In this document: positions 48,492 to 62,046 of the stretch, piece after piece | Layout of the letters: each line of letters opens with the position of its first letter | Numbering within the stretch: the stretch's first letter is position 1 | NCBI RefSeq assembly: GCF_009914755.1 | Contig: NC_060927.1 | Source: the human T2T-CHM13v2.0 reference genome, Homo sapiens | Direction: 5' to 3' (one strand) | DNA length: 64,000 bases | Position numbers and translations under genes: made by a program | Notes under the pieces: model-generated | Databases searched by the model: none | Seen by the model: only the letters and a program-made list of their open reading frames with translations | Told to the model about the DNA's origin: nothing

Positions 48492-49699
48492 TTTTCTGGG
48501 TTGTCCTTGATCAAGCCGCTTGCCCTCTTTCTATTCATTTGTCAAGTACATAGAGTAGGAAAAGAAATATTTGCTTCCCTCACCCCAGGATATTTCTGAG
48601 ATAAAATATCATTGCTCCTCTAATGCATGTATCATCATAATAGTTTTGGACAAATGGTAAAATACGATCATGTTTTGAAGAGGAAGCATTTCTTTTTGGT
48701 TCTTCTGTACTCTTTCTTCAAATCAAAGCACACTCTTATTTCACTTCTTTTCTTCTTATTTTTCCTCTATTCTGACTTACATTTCAATTTTCTTCCTTCT
48801 TCTTAATGTTTCTTTCTATTCATGCTTTTGACTTTTCTAGAGCTATCGTAGATTGAAACGGAGAGATTTAACCCAGCTTTCTGAGTGAAAATAAGGTAGA
48901 GATTTGGTGCGAGAGTGTTCCTCCTTATTTTCAGACACAAGGACAAGCAGGTTTCTAATAACACAGCTCACAGTATGTACTACTTTAAAGCACAGTATTT
49001 ACTAGAAACCAGTTTAACCCTTGAATGTCAGCAGAATGCACTTGTGAGATAGACAGTAGTTACCAGGTGACCCAGCACAGTGAAGGTTTTGATTTTAACA
49101 GCTGTCTGAGCATGCACTGACCATGTAGCCATAGAAAGCCCTGCAGTTCTGGTAACACAAATACAATGCAACACTTGGTCAGAACAGGACCATAATATAT
49201 TGACTCTGTGATGATATATGGTATTTGTTCTATTTATTTAATTCTTGCTTCATTTTAAAGTGAAAAATTTACACTTTTAGAAAAGAGAAATGTGAAATAT
49301 ATATCACTGAGCTTTGAAGTATTGTCAAAAACAATCCATTTTCTCTTTGTAGGATTAGGTATGGATTTTTTCCAGGGCAAGCTTTCTATTTAATATTTTT
49401 CTATTACATTCTTTTCATGGGTGCCTGTGTTGCAAATGCAGTTACCAGAATATGCAGGCTTTCCTTGCCATCGTGATGGCTCAGATTCCCCTATTTACAA
49501 CTTCTAACATTCAACAATAACTTCTATTTTAGTTATAAATTTCTTCTGAAAAAATTACAATGAAACAAAGACTTTCTTAAAAGTATGAAAAAAGTAAAAT
49601 CTTGGGCATTGCTGTTATTTATAAAGCACACAGCTATAATAAACCGGGTGCCAAGTACCATCCTATGAGTACTCTCCTATTAAGCATTAGTCATCCTCA

Positions 49700-49920
49700 T
49701 AATAATATCTAACGTTAACTGAGCACTTACTATATGCCTGCACATTATACATACAAACAGTTTTTTAAATGACCATAAAAATAGATACTTTTAGTGGCCT
49801 GTTTTGCAGCTGAGTAAACTGAAGAACAAAGAGGGTAACCTGTCCAAAGTAATATAGCAATACAGGGCAGTCAGCTTTAAAATCCATTTGAGACTAACCC
49901 TGGTGCCCCTGCTCTAAGCT
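49700..49920 (-). mobile_element. MIR
   Basis: GAGCACTTACTATATGCC...GTTTTGCAGCTGAGTAAACTGAAG...GGTAACCTGTCCAAAGT. Confidence 0.6.
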
Positions 49921-50166
49921 GATAGCCTAACAGTTGAGTATGTGTAAATATGCTGAAAAACATAAAACTGTTTTGACTGGTCGTAAGTCAAAACCTTGAC
50001 CCCAAACCTCATGGTTGTACACAGCACTTTCTGGAATTCTACTACATCTTTCTGGTCAATCAGCTCTCTCATGCTTCGCAAGTTACTTATTTCACACCTT
50101 CCCCTTGTACCTCAAGCTTCCAATACCACCTTAGCCCCTCCACAGACTCAGGAAATAGACCTGCCT

Positions 50167-50198
50167 GCTTTTCCCTTTTCTCTTTCTTTCTTTCTTTC

Positions 50199-50242
<44 letters not shown>

Positions 50243-50640
50243 TTCTTTCTCTCTCTTTCTTTTTCTTTCTTTCTCTTTCTTTTTCTCTTTTTTCTTTCTT
50301 TCTTTCTTCTTTTTTCTTGCTTTCTTGCTCTTTGTCTCTCTCTCCCTTCCTTCCTCTCTCTTTCCTTTTTCTTTCTTCTTTCCTTCCCTCCCTTCCTCCC
50401 GCCCTCCCTCTCTCCCTCCCTCCCTTTCTTTCTCTTTCTTTCTTTCTTCTCGTCTTTCTCTTTTTTTCTTCTTCCTTCTTTCTTTCTCTCTGTTTTTTCC
50501 CTCCCTCCCTCCCTCCCTTCCTTCCCTCCCCCTTCCTTCTTTCCTTCCTTCCTTCCCTCCCTCCCTCTCTCTCTCTTTCTCCTTCCTTCCCTCCTTCCTT
50601 CCTTCTCCCTCTCTCCTTCTTATTCTTCCTCTTTATTTTC
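50167..50640. repeat. ~470-bp polypyrimidine/polypurine tract ((TTTC)n, (TCCC)n, (TTCC)n)
   Basis: Nearly pure C/T on the + strand; explains ORFs 49996-50694, 50148-50648 and 50325-50651. Confidence 0.97.
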
Positions 50641-51562
50641 CAAGACAATAAACTGTCTGACTTTGCATTTCACTTAGAAAGGAGAATTAGATGAGAAATG
50701 TTTTCATGGCAAAAATTACCAACCTATGGACATCTGCCCCCACGTGTTCTGACTCCTGCTTGTTACAATGCTTGCACTGTGCAGTTCTTACCTAAATCTA
50801 GAGCGCCATGGTGCACTCAGTCCCAGCCCTTCTACTCAGTGTTCTTTGGTGTCCCTCTCTCCTGTGATCCCAATGTCTGCTTATCCCAGATTGTTCCCAT
50901 CAGTATATGAATGTATGAAATAGCTTTAAAAACAAAGAACCCTACCATGTAACTGTCATGTTTCTCACCAGCTCCCTCCTCATTTCTCTACTTCCTTTTT
51001 ATAGCAGCAGTTCTCAAAAGAACTTTAATATTCAATATTACCTTCTTCTTTTCTTTGCCTCCAGTTATCATTTAATTCTTTCCATTCAGACTTATTTCTC
51101 ACTGTTTCACCAAAATCACTCATGTCAAGTCACTACTGACCACGAGTTACAAAAGCAAAGATCAATTCTCATTTAGCAGCTTGCTAGACACTCCAGCAGT
51201 GTTGGATACAGTTAATTATTTCCTCCTTTTTGACAAGATGTTTTCACTTGGCTTCTTGAACATCAATCAAAATAGCCTAGTCTTTCTGCAAATCACTGGC
51301 TACTCTATTTTATTCTCCTTTGCAGGAGCCTCCTTTTCCAATAAATGTTAGTGTTCCCCAGGAGTAAGTCAGCAATTACATTCATTTTCTTAGCAGTGTG
51401 AAGAAACTAGGGAAGTATTCTCCCCATTTCTTGTCACAACTATAGTGATGGAGGTCAAGGTGGTATTACTAATATTCTATAATGTGAGAAAGTTCCACAC
51501 AATAGAATAATTTTTCCAAACAAGATAGTCTCCCCATTTGAAAAGTAGTCATAGAACCTAGG

Positions 51563-51790
51563 GCAGTGGTTGTCAAGCGGTGGTGAATTTGCCTTCAGTG
51601 AATCTTTCGTAATGTCTGAGACATGTTTGTTTGTCACCACTAGAGAGGATGATTTGCTATTGGTATCCTGAACATAGAGGCTATAGATGTTGCTACATAT
51701 CCTCCAATGCACAGGGAAGTGCCCCACAACAAGGAATTATAGAACCCAAAGTCCCAAAATGTCAGTAGTGTCTGAGTTGTAATAACCAGT
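51563..51790. mobile_element. MER20 (hAT-Charlie)
   Basis: CAGTGGTTGTCAA...AATGTCTGAGACAT...GATGTTGCTACATATCCTCCAATGCACAGG...CCCCACAACAAGGAATTAT. Confidence 0.85.
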
Positions 51791-51830
51791 ACTAGGGGAT
51801 TACAAGTGATTTTAAAATGTCATATTTAAG

Positions 51831-51832
<2 letters not shown>

Positions 51833-51866
<34 letters not shown>
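51833..51866. repeat. (TG)n microsatellite
   Basis: Direct reading. Confidence 0.95.
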
Positions 51867-51868
<2 letters not shown>

Positions 51869-53027
51869 ACATTTCAGCACACAGACCCATTATTCGCCCA
51901 GTTCATCATGCCTAACACCTAAAAGTCATCCCTGATTTCTGTCTTTATCTAACAACCTACATCCAATCCATTAGCATGCTCTATCAGGTCTACCTTCAAA
52001 ATAAATTCAAAGTCATTCTCTCTACCTCTAGTTATAAAACCCTAGAGTCCAATCTAATACTATCTTGCTTAAGATCCTGGATGATTTCACTGCAATTCTG
52101 CTCAAAATCTATAATGAATCCCCATCACATTAACCATAAAATCTAAAGTCCTGAAGGTGGTTACAAGCCCTCAATTTATAGTCTTTCCTTTCTCTCTAAG
52201 TTCATCTCCTACCTTCCATTCCTTTAATCAATCCATTCTAGTCACATTGGCTTTCTTGCTCATTATTAGGCATCCTCGGAGTCTATAAAAGCCTTTGGAA
52301 TCTCTCAGCTTTGCCTGCAAAAACCTTGTGCCACATCTTTGCATGGTTTACTACTAAATTTCATTCAGATTACTGTTCAAACATCATTTACGTCATCTTC
52401 TCTAAAAAATTTACCTTCATCATCCTTTTTAAAATAGTCCCATATTTTTTTCTTGGAACTAATCTCTAGTGATGTTTTAAAATGCTTGCTTATTTTTAAT
52501 TGCGTATTTTTTACCCATTTCTAGACATAAATGCTATCAAGTCAAAATTGTCTTTCCTTGAGTACTAACTGTGTCCCCATTAGTACAGTGAAAGACGCTT
52601 AGTAGATGTTTCATAGTTATGTTCCAAATGAATATTCCTATCTACTATGCTACAGTGACTAACTGAAGAAGTCTTTGGTTGGAGTAAAGCTGATTTTTCT
52701 TTCACCTTTAAAGTCAGTGAATCTTTACTTTATCTAAGGTCCTAAACTTGGGCTGAGTTCCCTGAAACTGACCAATATAAAGGTAAAATAGATGACTTTG
52801 ACACAAATGGAGCAAGGAATACTATACGGTAGACAATATTTATCAAGCTCCTTTAGTTAAGTGATATTTGAATAATCAAATAATAAGCCTCATCTTCACA
52901 GAAATAAGAAAAATCAATGAAACAGAAAATAAACCAAGAAAGCTGACGACCACCCTTACCTTTCCTTGTATATATGGTGCATTATAGAGTCTAGAAAGGA
53001 AAGAGATTCTAAGGATCATTGCATCAG

Positions 53028-53222
53028 ACAGTTCCCTAAACTTAGTGATTGTCAAGGCATGACCCCTAACCACCACCACCAACAGCAGGAACGTTAAGAA
53101 ATGCAAATTATTTGGCCAGCTCAAACGTACAGAATTAAAAATTCAGGAGATGGGGCCTAGCAATCTATGCTTTAGTGGGCTCTCTAGGTAATTCTGATGC
53201 ACACTCAACTTGTAGAGTTGCT
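53028..53222. mobile_element. MER5A
   Basis: GAACGTTAAGAAATGCAAATT...GATGGGGCCTAGCAATCTATG...CTAGGTAATTCTGATGCACACTCAA. Confidence 0.75.
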
Positions 53223-53388
53223 GTCCTTAATTCTTCCATGAGAAATACCCGGATGTTCTAAGAATACACATTTGTATCTATGTCTTGCCTCTGCAGATTC
53301 TAATTCATAAGAAGTTACACACAAATACACACACGCACACAACTGATTAAGTAACTAAATTGAATAACTTTAAGGAATGACAACGCCT

Positions 53389-53392
<4 letters not shown>

Positions 53393-53419
<27 letters not shown>
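53393..53419. repeat. (CA)n microsatellite
   Basis: Direct reading. Confidence 0.95.
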
Positions 53420-55012
53420 TCACATCACATTTGTAGTAGGAAAAGCATGACATCTGAAGTTACCAGGTAACAATTCTAGTTTTGCTTCTTTCTAGCTGTA
53501 TACACCTAAGTGAGTTAACCTCTAGAAATGACATCTTTCTCGTGTTTAAAATAGGGATAGTAAATCTTAACCTTCATACTTCCAAGGATTTAGTGGCTAT
53601 TAAATGATACTTTGGTTCAGAAAGCATGTTGAAAGGACAATATGCCATTCAAATGGAATATAAGGTAGTATAGCTGCTACTAATTATCACTTTATATTGT
53701 TGCTGTATTCTTGACAGATCCTTTGAAATTTGAGAGTGCTAGCAGTAATTTTTAAGTGTCAATGTCACTCTGGAGTGGAGAGTTGAACAACCTGTGTGTG
53801 GGAACACTGGAGTTGTTCTGACAAATTCTGTTTTCCAAATAAAAACAATTTAACTTCTGTTTTTAATAAAACTAAAACATTAAACTCTATAAAGAACCTC
53901 CATCGACTACTAGTTACCATCAAAGACAAATGAAATATGATTAATCATTTTATTACTACAAATTTAATTGAATTTTCCTTGGTCCTCTGTAATTTCCAAG
54001 AAGCTGAAAGGTTAGACTGCTGTGTTAGTTAATGCACCATTGAAGATACTTAATTGTCTTAATAGCAGATCATAGAAGGGTGTGGGAAATTTACCTAAAG
54101 CAATTTCACACCTGAATTAATGTTACATGGGATCCTTTTGGAACTCTGGGAGAATTCTAAGTGCTGGTTTGGAAGAAATGTATTGCCTTAGAAATGCATT
54201 CACTGTGCTATACATATTTACTATAATGAGATAACAACTATAACGTTGTGAACAAAAGCGTCTGTATGTTCGTTTAGAAAGAAAGAAAAAGCAATATTTG
54301 CAATGAGGGACAAAGAGAGAGAAAGAGGAAGAATGTGTGGGGAAGAGGTAAGAGGGTTGTATTAAAGACTACATTCAGAAACCAGAAAAAACTGGTTTGA
54401 ATAAGTTACAATGGTTTGCAGGAGGAAAGTATCACAGGCTGGCAGAAACCCAAAACACAAAAGAAAGAGTTGCAGCTATTATCCTTTCTGTAATTAAAAC
54501 AATTACTGGCAGAGAGGTTCTTTTTTGCTCCATCTTTCTGCTTTTGTCTTTCAGTATGGTTGGGTCCAAAAGAGAACCAAGGCATTTATTTCTATTTCCA
54601 GTTTATTGAAATAAAAATATCAAATTTGGCATTAGTGTCCACCAGTTGGAGTTTTAAAACATCAGGACTCCTGATTTGCTCTGTTCTTTGGTGTCTTATT
54701 ATGTAGTTTTGAAGGGATTGTTATTTTCCTTCCAGATTCCATTTTCATTGCCTTTAATTTCTCATGCAATGCCACATCTCACAGCATTTTTCCAATACAA
54801 AACACAGTAAGACAATGTCCATTTTCTAAGACAAAATGAAAAAGGCATTTCATGTTTGATCTGACAGAATTCTCTTGAAAAATCCAACTTTTTTTTACAA
54901 TGTCTAATTTTCATATTATTCCTTTGAAGCAGGTGGAATTTATAATAGACTTTATCTTCAGAGATGACTGAGGTAGAAGGAGATAAATTATTTTCTCAAA
55001 ATTACTTAGCAA

Positions 55013-55084
55013 GGCTGCTCTGCCTATGGAGTAGCCATTCTTCTGTTTCTTGACTTCTCCAATACACTTGCTTTCATTCAAACA
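55013..55084 (+). mobile_element. Retroposed ~70-bp ERV1 LTR (MER41-like) poly(A)-end fragment with TSD
   Basis: GGCTGCTCTGCCTATGGAGTAGCCATTCTTCTGTTTCTTGACTTCTCCAATACACTTGCTTTCA matches the MER41-type LTR poly(A)-signal region; short A-rich tail; 15-bp TSD AAAATT(A/G)CTTAGCAA. Confidence 0.7.
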
Positions 55085-55437
55085 AAAATTGCTTAGCAAA
55101 TCATTGCCAAATTTTGACCCAAAGAATTAGACACTTCTGTATTCTTGGTTACTTGATTTCTATTAGGTTGCTCTAAGAGGTGTCAATTTAATAAAATAAT
55201 TGGCATTACCTCTACTGACTTCATATAGGAATTTAACCCTGGACTAAAACATACCTGTCTTGATAGTAGTAGGGAATGTAAAAATGTAACATATATAGTA
55301 TACTTAATTTCATGTCAGAGGGACAATTTATATTACATTAGATTCAGTCCAATATATTGATCACAATAATATGAATAAATTTAAATCATCCATGGCCAGA
55401 TTTGACCAAAAGGAGCTTAGAAACACCAAATTCAGAA

Positions 55438-55615
55438 CACTGCATCTCAAACTCAATGCCATCAGAAATCCCCTGGACAGCGTTTTAAACCTATAGAGTC
55501 CTAGGTCATACCTAGGTTTCAAACATCAGATCACTTTGGAGATTTGCTCTGAGAATCTGTTAGCTTCTAGGAACACTACAGATGGTTCTGGTACTGATGT
55601 TTGGGAAATGACAGT
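55438..55615. mobile_element. MER5-family MITE (degraded)
   Basis: TCTCAAACT...CATCAGAAATCCCCTGGA...CATCAGATCACTTTGG...GAATCTG...GTTTGGGAAATGAC. Confidence 0.5.
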
Positions 55616-55701
55616 TTACATTCTGCTGAGTCTTAAATCAGATTCTATGAGCTTAAAGCACCAATTCTAACAAAGAAAATGGAAACCATGTATATGGCCA
55701 A

Positions 55702-55705
55702 GTGT

Positions 55706-55738
<33 letters not shown>

Positions 55739-55739
55739 T
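55702..55739. repeat. (TG)n microsatellite
   Basis: Direct reading. Confidence 0.95.
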
Positions 55740-56825
55740 TAGTACTGTCTCCCCACTACCAAATAAATTGGGAGAAATAAATCAATATTCCTTTATTCCA
55801 AGTTTAATACTTCTGTATGGATGGCTCTCAAATGATTCTTAGTTATCTTATTTGGAAATATATTTATTTCTCCAGGTCTCAGCTCTTGAAGCTTAAATCT
55901 TTGCAAAGTACACAGACTTTTTTTTTCAGAAGGGAAGAACCAGATCCTAAATACTCAGCCACCTGCAGTAGCTGAGCAATGTGCTTCTTGAAGGAGGAGG
56001 GAGGAGAAAAGGAGGAGACTATATTTTGTTCTTTGTCAAAGAGTATTTGACTGCTATATCTGATGCTAAAGGGGGAGGTCACCACTAAAACACTTTACAT
56101 CTGGGGAAGTTACTTATCTGTGCTTTGAACAATACTCTGAAAGGGCAGAATTGAGAATCAGGAAGCCTGTGCTATTGTCCAAAATTCCAGGGGAGGGGAC
56201 CCATGTAAGTAGAGGTTTATATGCAATGTACATAGTAATGTGCTTAAACATCAAGGCCATCTATCAGAATAGGTGACCCTGAAACCCCTCATCAACGCTC
56301 CTGTTCTCTAAACACAGGATGAGACGTGAAAGAGTGAAGGGAAATGGGCTGGTGGGTAATTATTATCATGTTATCAGTGTAGGACTTAACCATCCTCAAA
56401 CTGGCAGAGCTTAATTTTGGGAATCGTGACATTCAAAAGACAACACCAGCAGGACTGGGATAAAGGCAGACATATGTGAAAAACAAATAAGCAGGAAAAA
56501 ACAAAAGAACAAAAGCAAAACCCAAAGCCAAAAAAAACCCTACTTTGGCTTTTCCTCCCTAAGAGGACAATTCCCTTCACAAAGGAAGGGCTCATTTACC
56601 GTGCAGTGCTGGACTCTGTTAGGATGTTAACAGTATTACCATTGGACTTACAGGGTTACAAAGATGCCTTTAAACATTACAAACACAATAGTCAATAATT
56701 TTTTTGGTTAACCCATTAGCAGCAAGTTAGCTAATCTCTTATGCTATCATTTTCTAATCGTTTTCTAAAAGTGTCATCTAGTTATGTGCTTTATACCTGC
56801 CCTATGGAAAAATATTATCGAAAAC

Positions 56826-57139
56826 TTTATTTATTTATTTATTCACTTATTTTTGGGACAGAATCTTTCTCTGTTGACCAGGCTGGAGTGTAGTGGTGCA
56901 ATCTCAGCTCCTGGCAAACTCCGACTCCCTGGGTTGAAAGTGATTCTCCTGCCTCAGCCTCCCAAGTAGCGGGGATTACAGGTGTGTACCACCACACCTG
57001 GCTAATTTTCATATTTTTTAGTAGTGATGATGTTTCATCATGTCGGCCAGGCTGGTCTTGAACTCCTGGCCTCAAGTGATTCACCTGCCTCGACTTCCCA
57101 AATTGCTGGGAATACAGGTATGAGCCACTGCGTCTGTCC
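56826..57139 (-). mobile_element. Alu (AluJb/S)
   Basis: (TTTA)n tail then a complete reverse-strand Alu dimer. Confidence 0.93.
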
Positions 57140-57689
57140 TAAAATCTATTTAAATGTAAGTTATGGCTAGGATGCCTTTCATCCTATCCCTTCATTAAAA
57201 AAAAAAATCACAAATAATGGAAATAGCTCATAAAGCTGTAATTTATTTTTTCAATAATTCAATAAAGAAAATATGTTTAGACCAGTTTTACATGTAAATT
57301 CTAGGCTAGGTTCTATGAAGGAACATGGTTTTACAGTGAAGGGCTTATAACGACTGCCACACAATGTCATTGCCAAAGAACTTTAGAAATCATCTGGTCC
57401 AATTTTTTTTTTTTTTTGCTGAGTGGAAATAAACCTTGTTAGAATTCACCAGAAAAGAAGTGATGCATTGTTAATTCTTTCTTGCCTAGCTTGAACATGG
57501 CATTCCATTAACTGTTTTATCTGATTGTTTACCAATGTGTTTCTCATCATATCATGTATTCCTGTCTCAATTTTGCATGATTTAAAACTAGTTTACTATT
57601 CAAATTGCATCATAGTATAAGGTTTCTGCTTTGCTATCACTGACTTTTCTGAGTATTTGCATATTCACAGGCTTACTTCAGATTGAAGG

Positions 57690-57900
57690 GCAACATAGTA
57701 CAGAGGTTACGTGACATCAGGGTTCCTGGACTGCAACCCCAGTTCTGTATTTATCTAGCCCTGTGGTCTTGGACTGGTTACTTAGTTACTTTAAATTACG
57801 TTTCCTCATCTATAAAATGAGGATAAAAATACAGAACTATTGTGAGGCTTAACATAGATAACATACGCAACCTGGCTAGCAAATAGTAAATTGATAAACT
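57690..57900 (+). mobile_element. MIR
   Basis: TGTGGTCTTGGACTGGTTACTTAG...GTTTCCTCATCTATAAAATGAGGATAA. Confidence 0.7.
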
Positions 57901-58389
57901 GCATACAGAAGTAGTAAGACTAGTAATAGCAGTAATGGTGGCAGCAAAAATAATTTGAGTATCCCAGCAGCGAGGAGAAAGGTTTCAATGTCCAGTGGAT
58001 TAATGCCTGACACAACCTCAAGTGTACATATCTTTGATAGTAATGGTAACCTGTTAAAATCATTTAAGGATATAATGTATAACTGCATGGAGAATCATAA
58101 GGTAATTGTTCACATTTTCTGTATTATAAGGACATCAAAGCACATAGGAGGCAGAAGAGAACCAACCAATTTCATGTGTTTCATGTCAGTTACAAGAGTG
58201 TGATGATCTCCATTAATCTGCAAGAACTTTTATTTCTAAGGGGTAGGGCTATATTGCAGATTTTTAAAAAGAGAAGCAATTAGGAGACATTTATTCAAGA
58301 TCATTTACTAGGTCCCACTATATTGAAGTTACATCTACATCTTTCTCAGACCTCAGACTGTAGCCTATCTTACCAGTTTTAAATGGGGT

Positions 58390-58625
58390 TTAAGAACTTG
58401 ATTGTTCAAGTCAGAATGCTTTGGTTTCATTTCTGGCTTTGCCAATTGCTAGCTGCATGATTTAGGACAAATTACTCAATATCTCTGTGTTTCATTTTTC
58501 ACATTTGTAAATGCGGATAATACTGGAACCTACTTCGTACAAATGGAATGGAAAGTAAGAGACAGTAATTGAGACGTGCTTAGAATAGCACCTGCACAGA
58601 GTAAGCATTTATAAAACTGTTAGCT
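58390..58625 (+). mobile_element. MIR
   Basis: CTGGCTTTGCCAATTGCTAGCTGCATGATTTAGGACAAATTACTCAATATCTCTGTGTTTCATTTTTC...GTGCTTAGAATAGCACCTGCACAGAGTAAGCA. Confidence 0.8.
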
Positions 58626-59109
58626 AAGATTGTTCAATAAAGTTAGTTCCCTAAGACAAAAGATAAAGACATTTATAGGGAATGAGAAGGTGTTTGGCCT
58701 AAAACCAATTAAGTTTTTTTTTTCATTTTTGGAAGTAATTATCATCATATTCTATATGCTTCACACCTAGAGAGACAAAAATCCTTGGAAGTGAATCAAA
58801 GTATTAGTGAATCTGATTTAGAATGCATTTTTTTTCCCAGAACAAAAAGAAAATCATTCTAAAGGATCAGTCAATAACATAAAGTAAAAACACGATAATC
58901 TACCAAAAGATGTCAATCAGAAAATTAGGAAATCAGAGATATTCTAAAATTAAGAGGATGGAAGCCTGAAGCAGAGTTTTTAGTGTCTCAATACCCATTG
59001 TGCCATAACCCCTAGTCACAGAACATTTATTTGGTATATGGCTATCAAAAAAAAAAAAAAAAAAAGACTACATTCTTAGCTTCTTTACACCTAAGTGTGA
59101 CTACCTGAC

Positions 59110-59512
59110 TAGGTTGTGGCCAGTGCGATAAGTATCATATGGCAGTTACCATGGACAACTTGGAAAGAAAACTGGCCCTGGCTTTTCCTTCTGTCTTCTT
59201 CACCTCTCCTCTGCCCTCTGGCTGGAATAAGATGCTGGTTGGATCATGGGCAGAAGGGCAGATCCAGGGCCAGCATGTGTGGTTGTGTTCCGGGTGCAGT
59301 GCACAGTTGTAAATAAGCCGTAGCAAAACACTGGGAGAGAGGTAGTAAAAGCTGGATGCAGCCAAGGCCCTACCAATTGGAAAAGCACAGTACCAGCTAG
59401 GATAGCTGGTCTCTAGATTTGTTTTGTGAGAGAATAAAAAACTTTATATGATTAAGCTGCTGTTAATATGAGTTTGTGTTGTGTGAAGACAACCTTAATT
59501 CTAATCCATATA
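59110..59512 (+). mobile_element. Old MaLR LTR (MLT1J/K-like)
   Basis: GTGAGAGAATAAAAAACTTTATATGATTAAGCTGCTG...ATTCTAATCCATATA terminus. Confidence 0.45.
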
Positions 59513-59610
59513 GGAATGTCCAGTTGTACACGTACATGCTCATCCAGACCCAAGAGGAAACTTGATTAACCAAAGTACAGATAGCAGCTAAAATTAGGAG
59601 GGTAGGTTAT

Positions 59611-59613
<3 letters not shown>

Positions 59614-59660
<47 letters not shown>
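59614..59660. repeat. (TA)n microsatellite abutting an Alu tail
   Basis: ~23 uninterrupted TA units directly before the T tract. Confidence 0.95.
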
Positions 59661-59676
<16 letters not shown>

Positions 59677-59947
59677 GAGAAAGAATCTTGCTTTGTCACC
59701 CAGGCTGGAGTGCAGTGGCGTGATCTCAGCTCACTGCAATCTCCACCTCCTTGATTCTCCTGCCTCAGTCTCCTGAGTAGCTGGGATTACCGGCACGTGC
59801 CACCACGCCCGGTTAATTTTTGTATTTTTAGTAGAGACGGGGTTTCACCATGTTGGTCAGGCTGATCTCAAACTCCTGACCTCGTGATCCGCCCACCTCG
59901 GTCTCCCAAAGTCCTGGGATTACAGGCGTGAGCCACCAAGCCTGGCC
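59661..59947 (-). mobile_element. AluS (Sc/Sg-like) with a ~10-bp internal deletion
   Basis: Reverse-strand Alu; CTCCACCTCC joins TTGATTCTCC directly; TSD TAGGT(A/G)TAT. Confidence 0.93.
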
Positions 59948-60682
59948 TAGGTGTATTTTTAAGTGGGGTCATGAGGGTGAAGTTGAATATAAAGGGCATT
60001 ATCCGTAAAGGGAATAAACACAACACGTGGATTTCTTTTCTTCATACTTTCCTAAATTTTCCAAAATTGTTAATGACCTTGTACTACTTTTATAACAAGA
60101 AGAAAATCAATGTAAATGAACAAATAAAAATGATGCAATAATTAAGAGCATAATTCATCAAACATTTCATTTTTGAGAATCCATATATTTCCCTGTGGAA
60201 ATATTACTTACTTCTCAGGTACCCTTTGCTTAACCCTAAGAAGCAGGCACTTTCCTGCCTTTATTCACACTGCACCTGGAATGTTTTTGTCTGCCTAATC
60301 CCTACCTCTCATCTCAAATTGCAGGAACCTGGCCTAGCCCTGAAGGTAAGTTTAAATATTAGCTTCTCAATGATATCTTACTTTTTGGGAAAATAATAGC
60401 CTTTTTCTCTGAGTCCCAATATAAATCCTATATATTGCATCACTTAACATTTTACTATTGCTCTGAGTAAACATATGTCACACCTCTAAGAATATCATAA
60501 AGTTCTCTGGCGCATATATTCTTCTTTGTCTTTATAGTTTTCTATTCATTAATTCATTCACATGTTCACTTTTCAGACAACTGATTATCAAATATCTCTC
60601 TATGATATGCCAACTATTATAGAAGACAAAGGGAGATATGAAGAAAAATAAAACATGTTCTGTTCATTCAAAGAGTGAGCTA

Positions 60683-61319
<637 letters not shown>

Positions 61320-62046
61320 CTAGGGGCTTTGAATATCACATTTCATCCAGTGCTTGGAACATTGGAAGATAGTATTGACTTAAATGTTTGCAGTCACCGT
61401 GCTATGTACTATGCACCAGGCATTGTGTACACTGATTGACTGACCATGCCATATGAGATATTCAGGGGACAGCAAGCTTGACTAAGCCACAGAGTTGCAA
61501 TGCACTGCCTCAATTTTCTCATTTCCTCAGACGAGGATGCTGAGCCAATGTTTAAAGTGATTATAATGTGACTTTCAGAGGAGAAACAAGCTTACTCAGC
61601 CTGTAGTAGAAAGCTTGGCTGAATTCAGGAAATGTGGTTACCCAAATGATATGCTCTCATCCTAGCTAAGGAATTTCTGAGGGAACATAGCCTAGCTGCC
61701 AAAAATCGGTTTCCTCAGAAAAAAAAAAACAAAAAAGTTTATTCTAATGGTCAGTTTGAAATAAATGAACAGAGAATTAAATGATTACGAGAGAAAAGGT
61801 TATAGGCTCACCTGAGAAGGATACAGTGCAATACGGTAAATATAAAAGTATCATTTGTTTTTCAAGGGTGTATCTTGAGAAAGGAAATTATTAGGTTTAG
61901 AAAAGGAGGAAACTGCATACTAGATAGTAACTACCACTTCTTTTCTACTTTCAAAATTTTTCCGGCTTCTATATTCAGGCATTTTTTTTAAGTGCCAAGT
62001 ATTTGTAATAGAATTTTCCTTTTTTTTTTTTTTAATAGGAAAAGAT

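Larger units (their letters stand above)
50650..52630 (+). mobile_element. Fragmented L2, interrupted by MER20 and (TG)n
   Basis: CATGTCAAGTCACTACTGACC...CAGCAGTGTTGGATACAGTT...CACTTGGCTTC; CATCCAATCCATTAGCA...CTACCTTCAAAAT; CCATTCTAGTCACATTGGCTTTCTTGCT. Confidence 0.6.

Noticed and set aside
49996-50694. Long ORFs (232, 166 and 108 aa) rich in S/F/L/P or K/E/R/G
   Set aside because: Artefacts of the stop-free CT/GA low-complexity tract.
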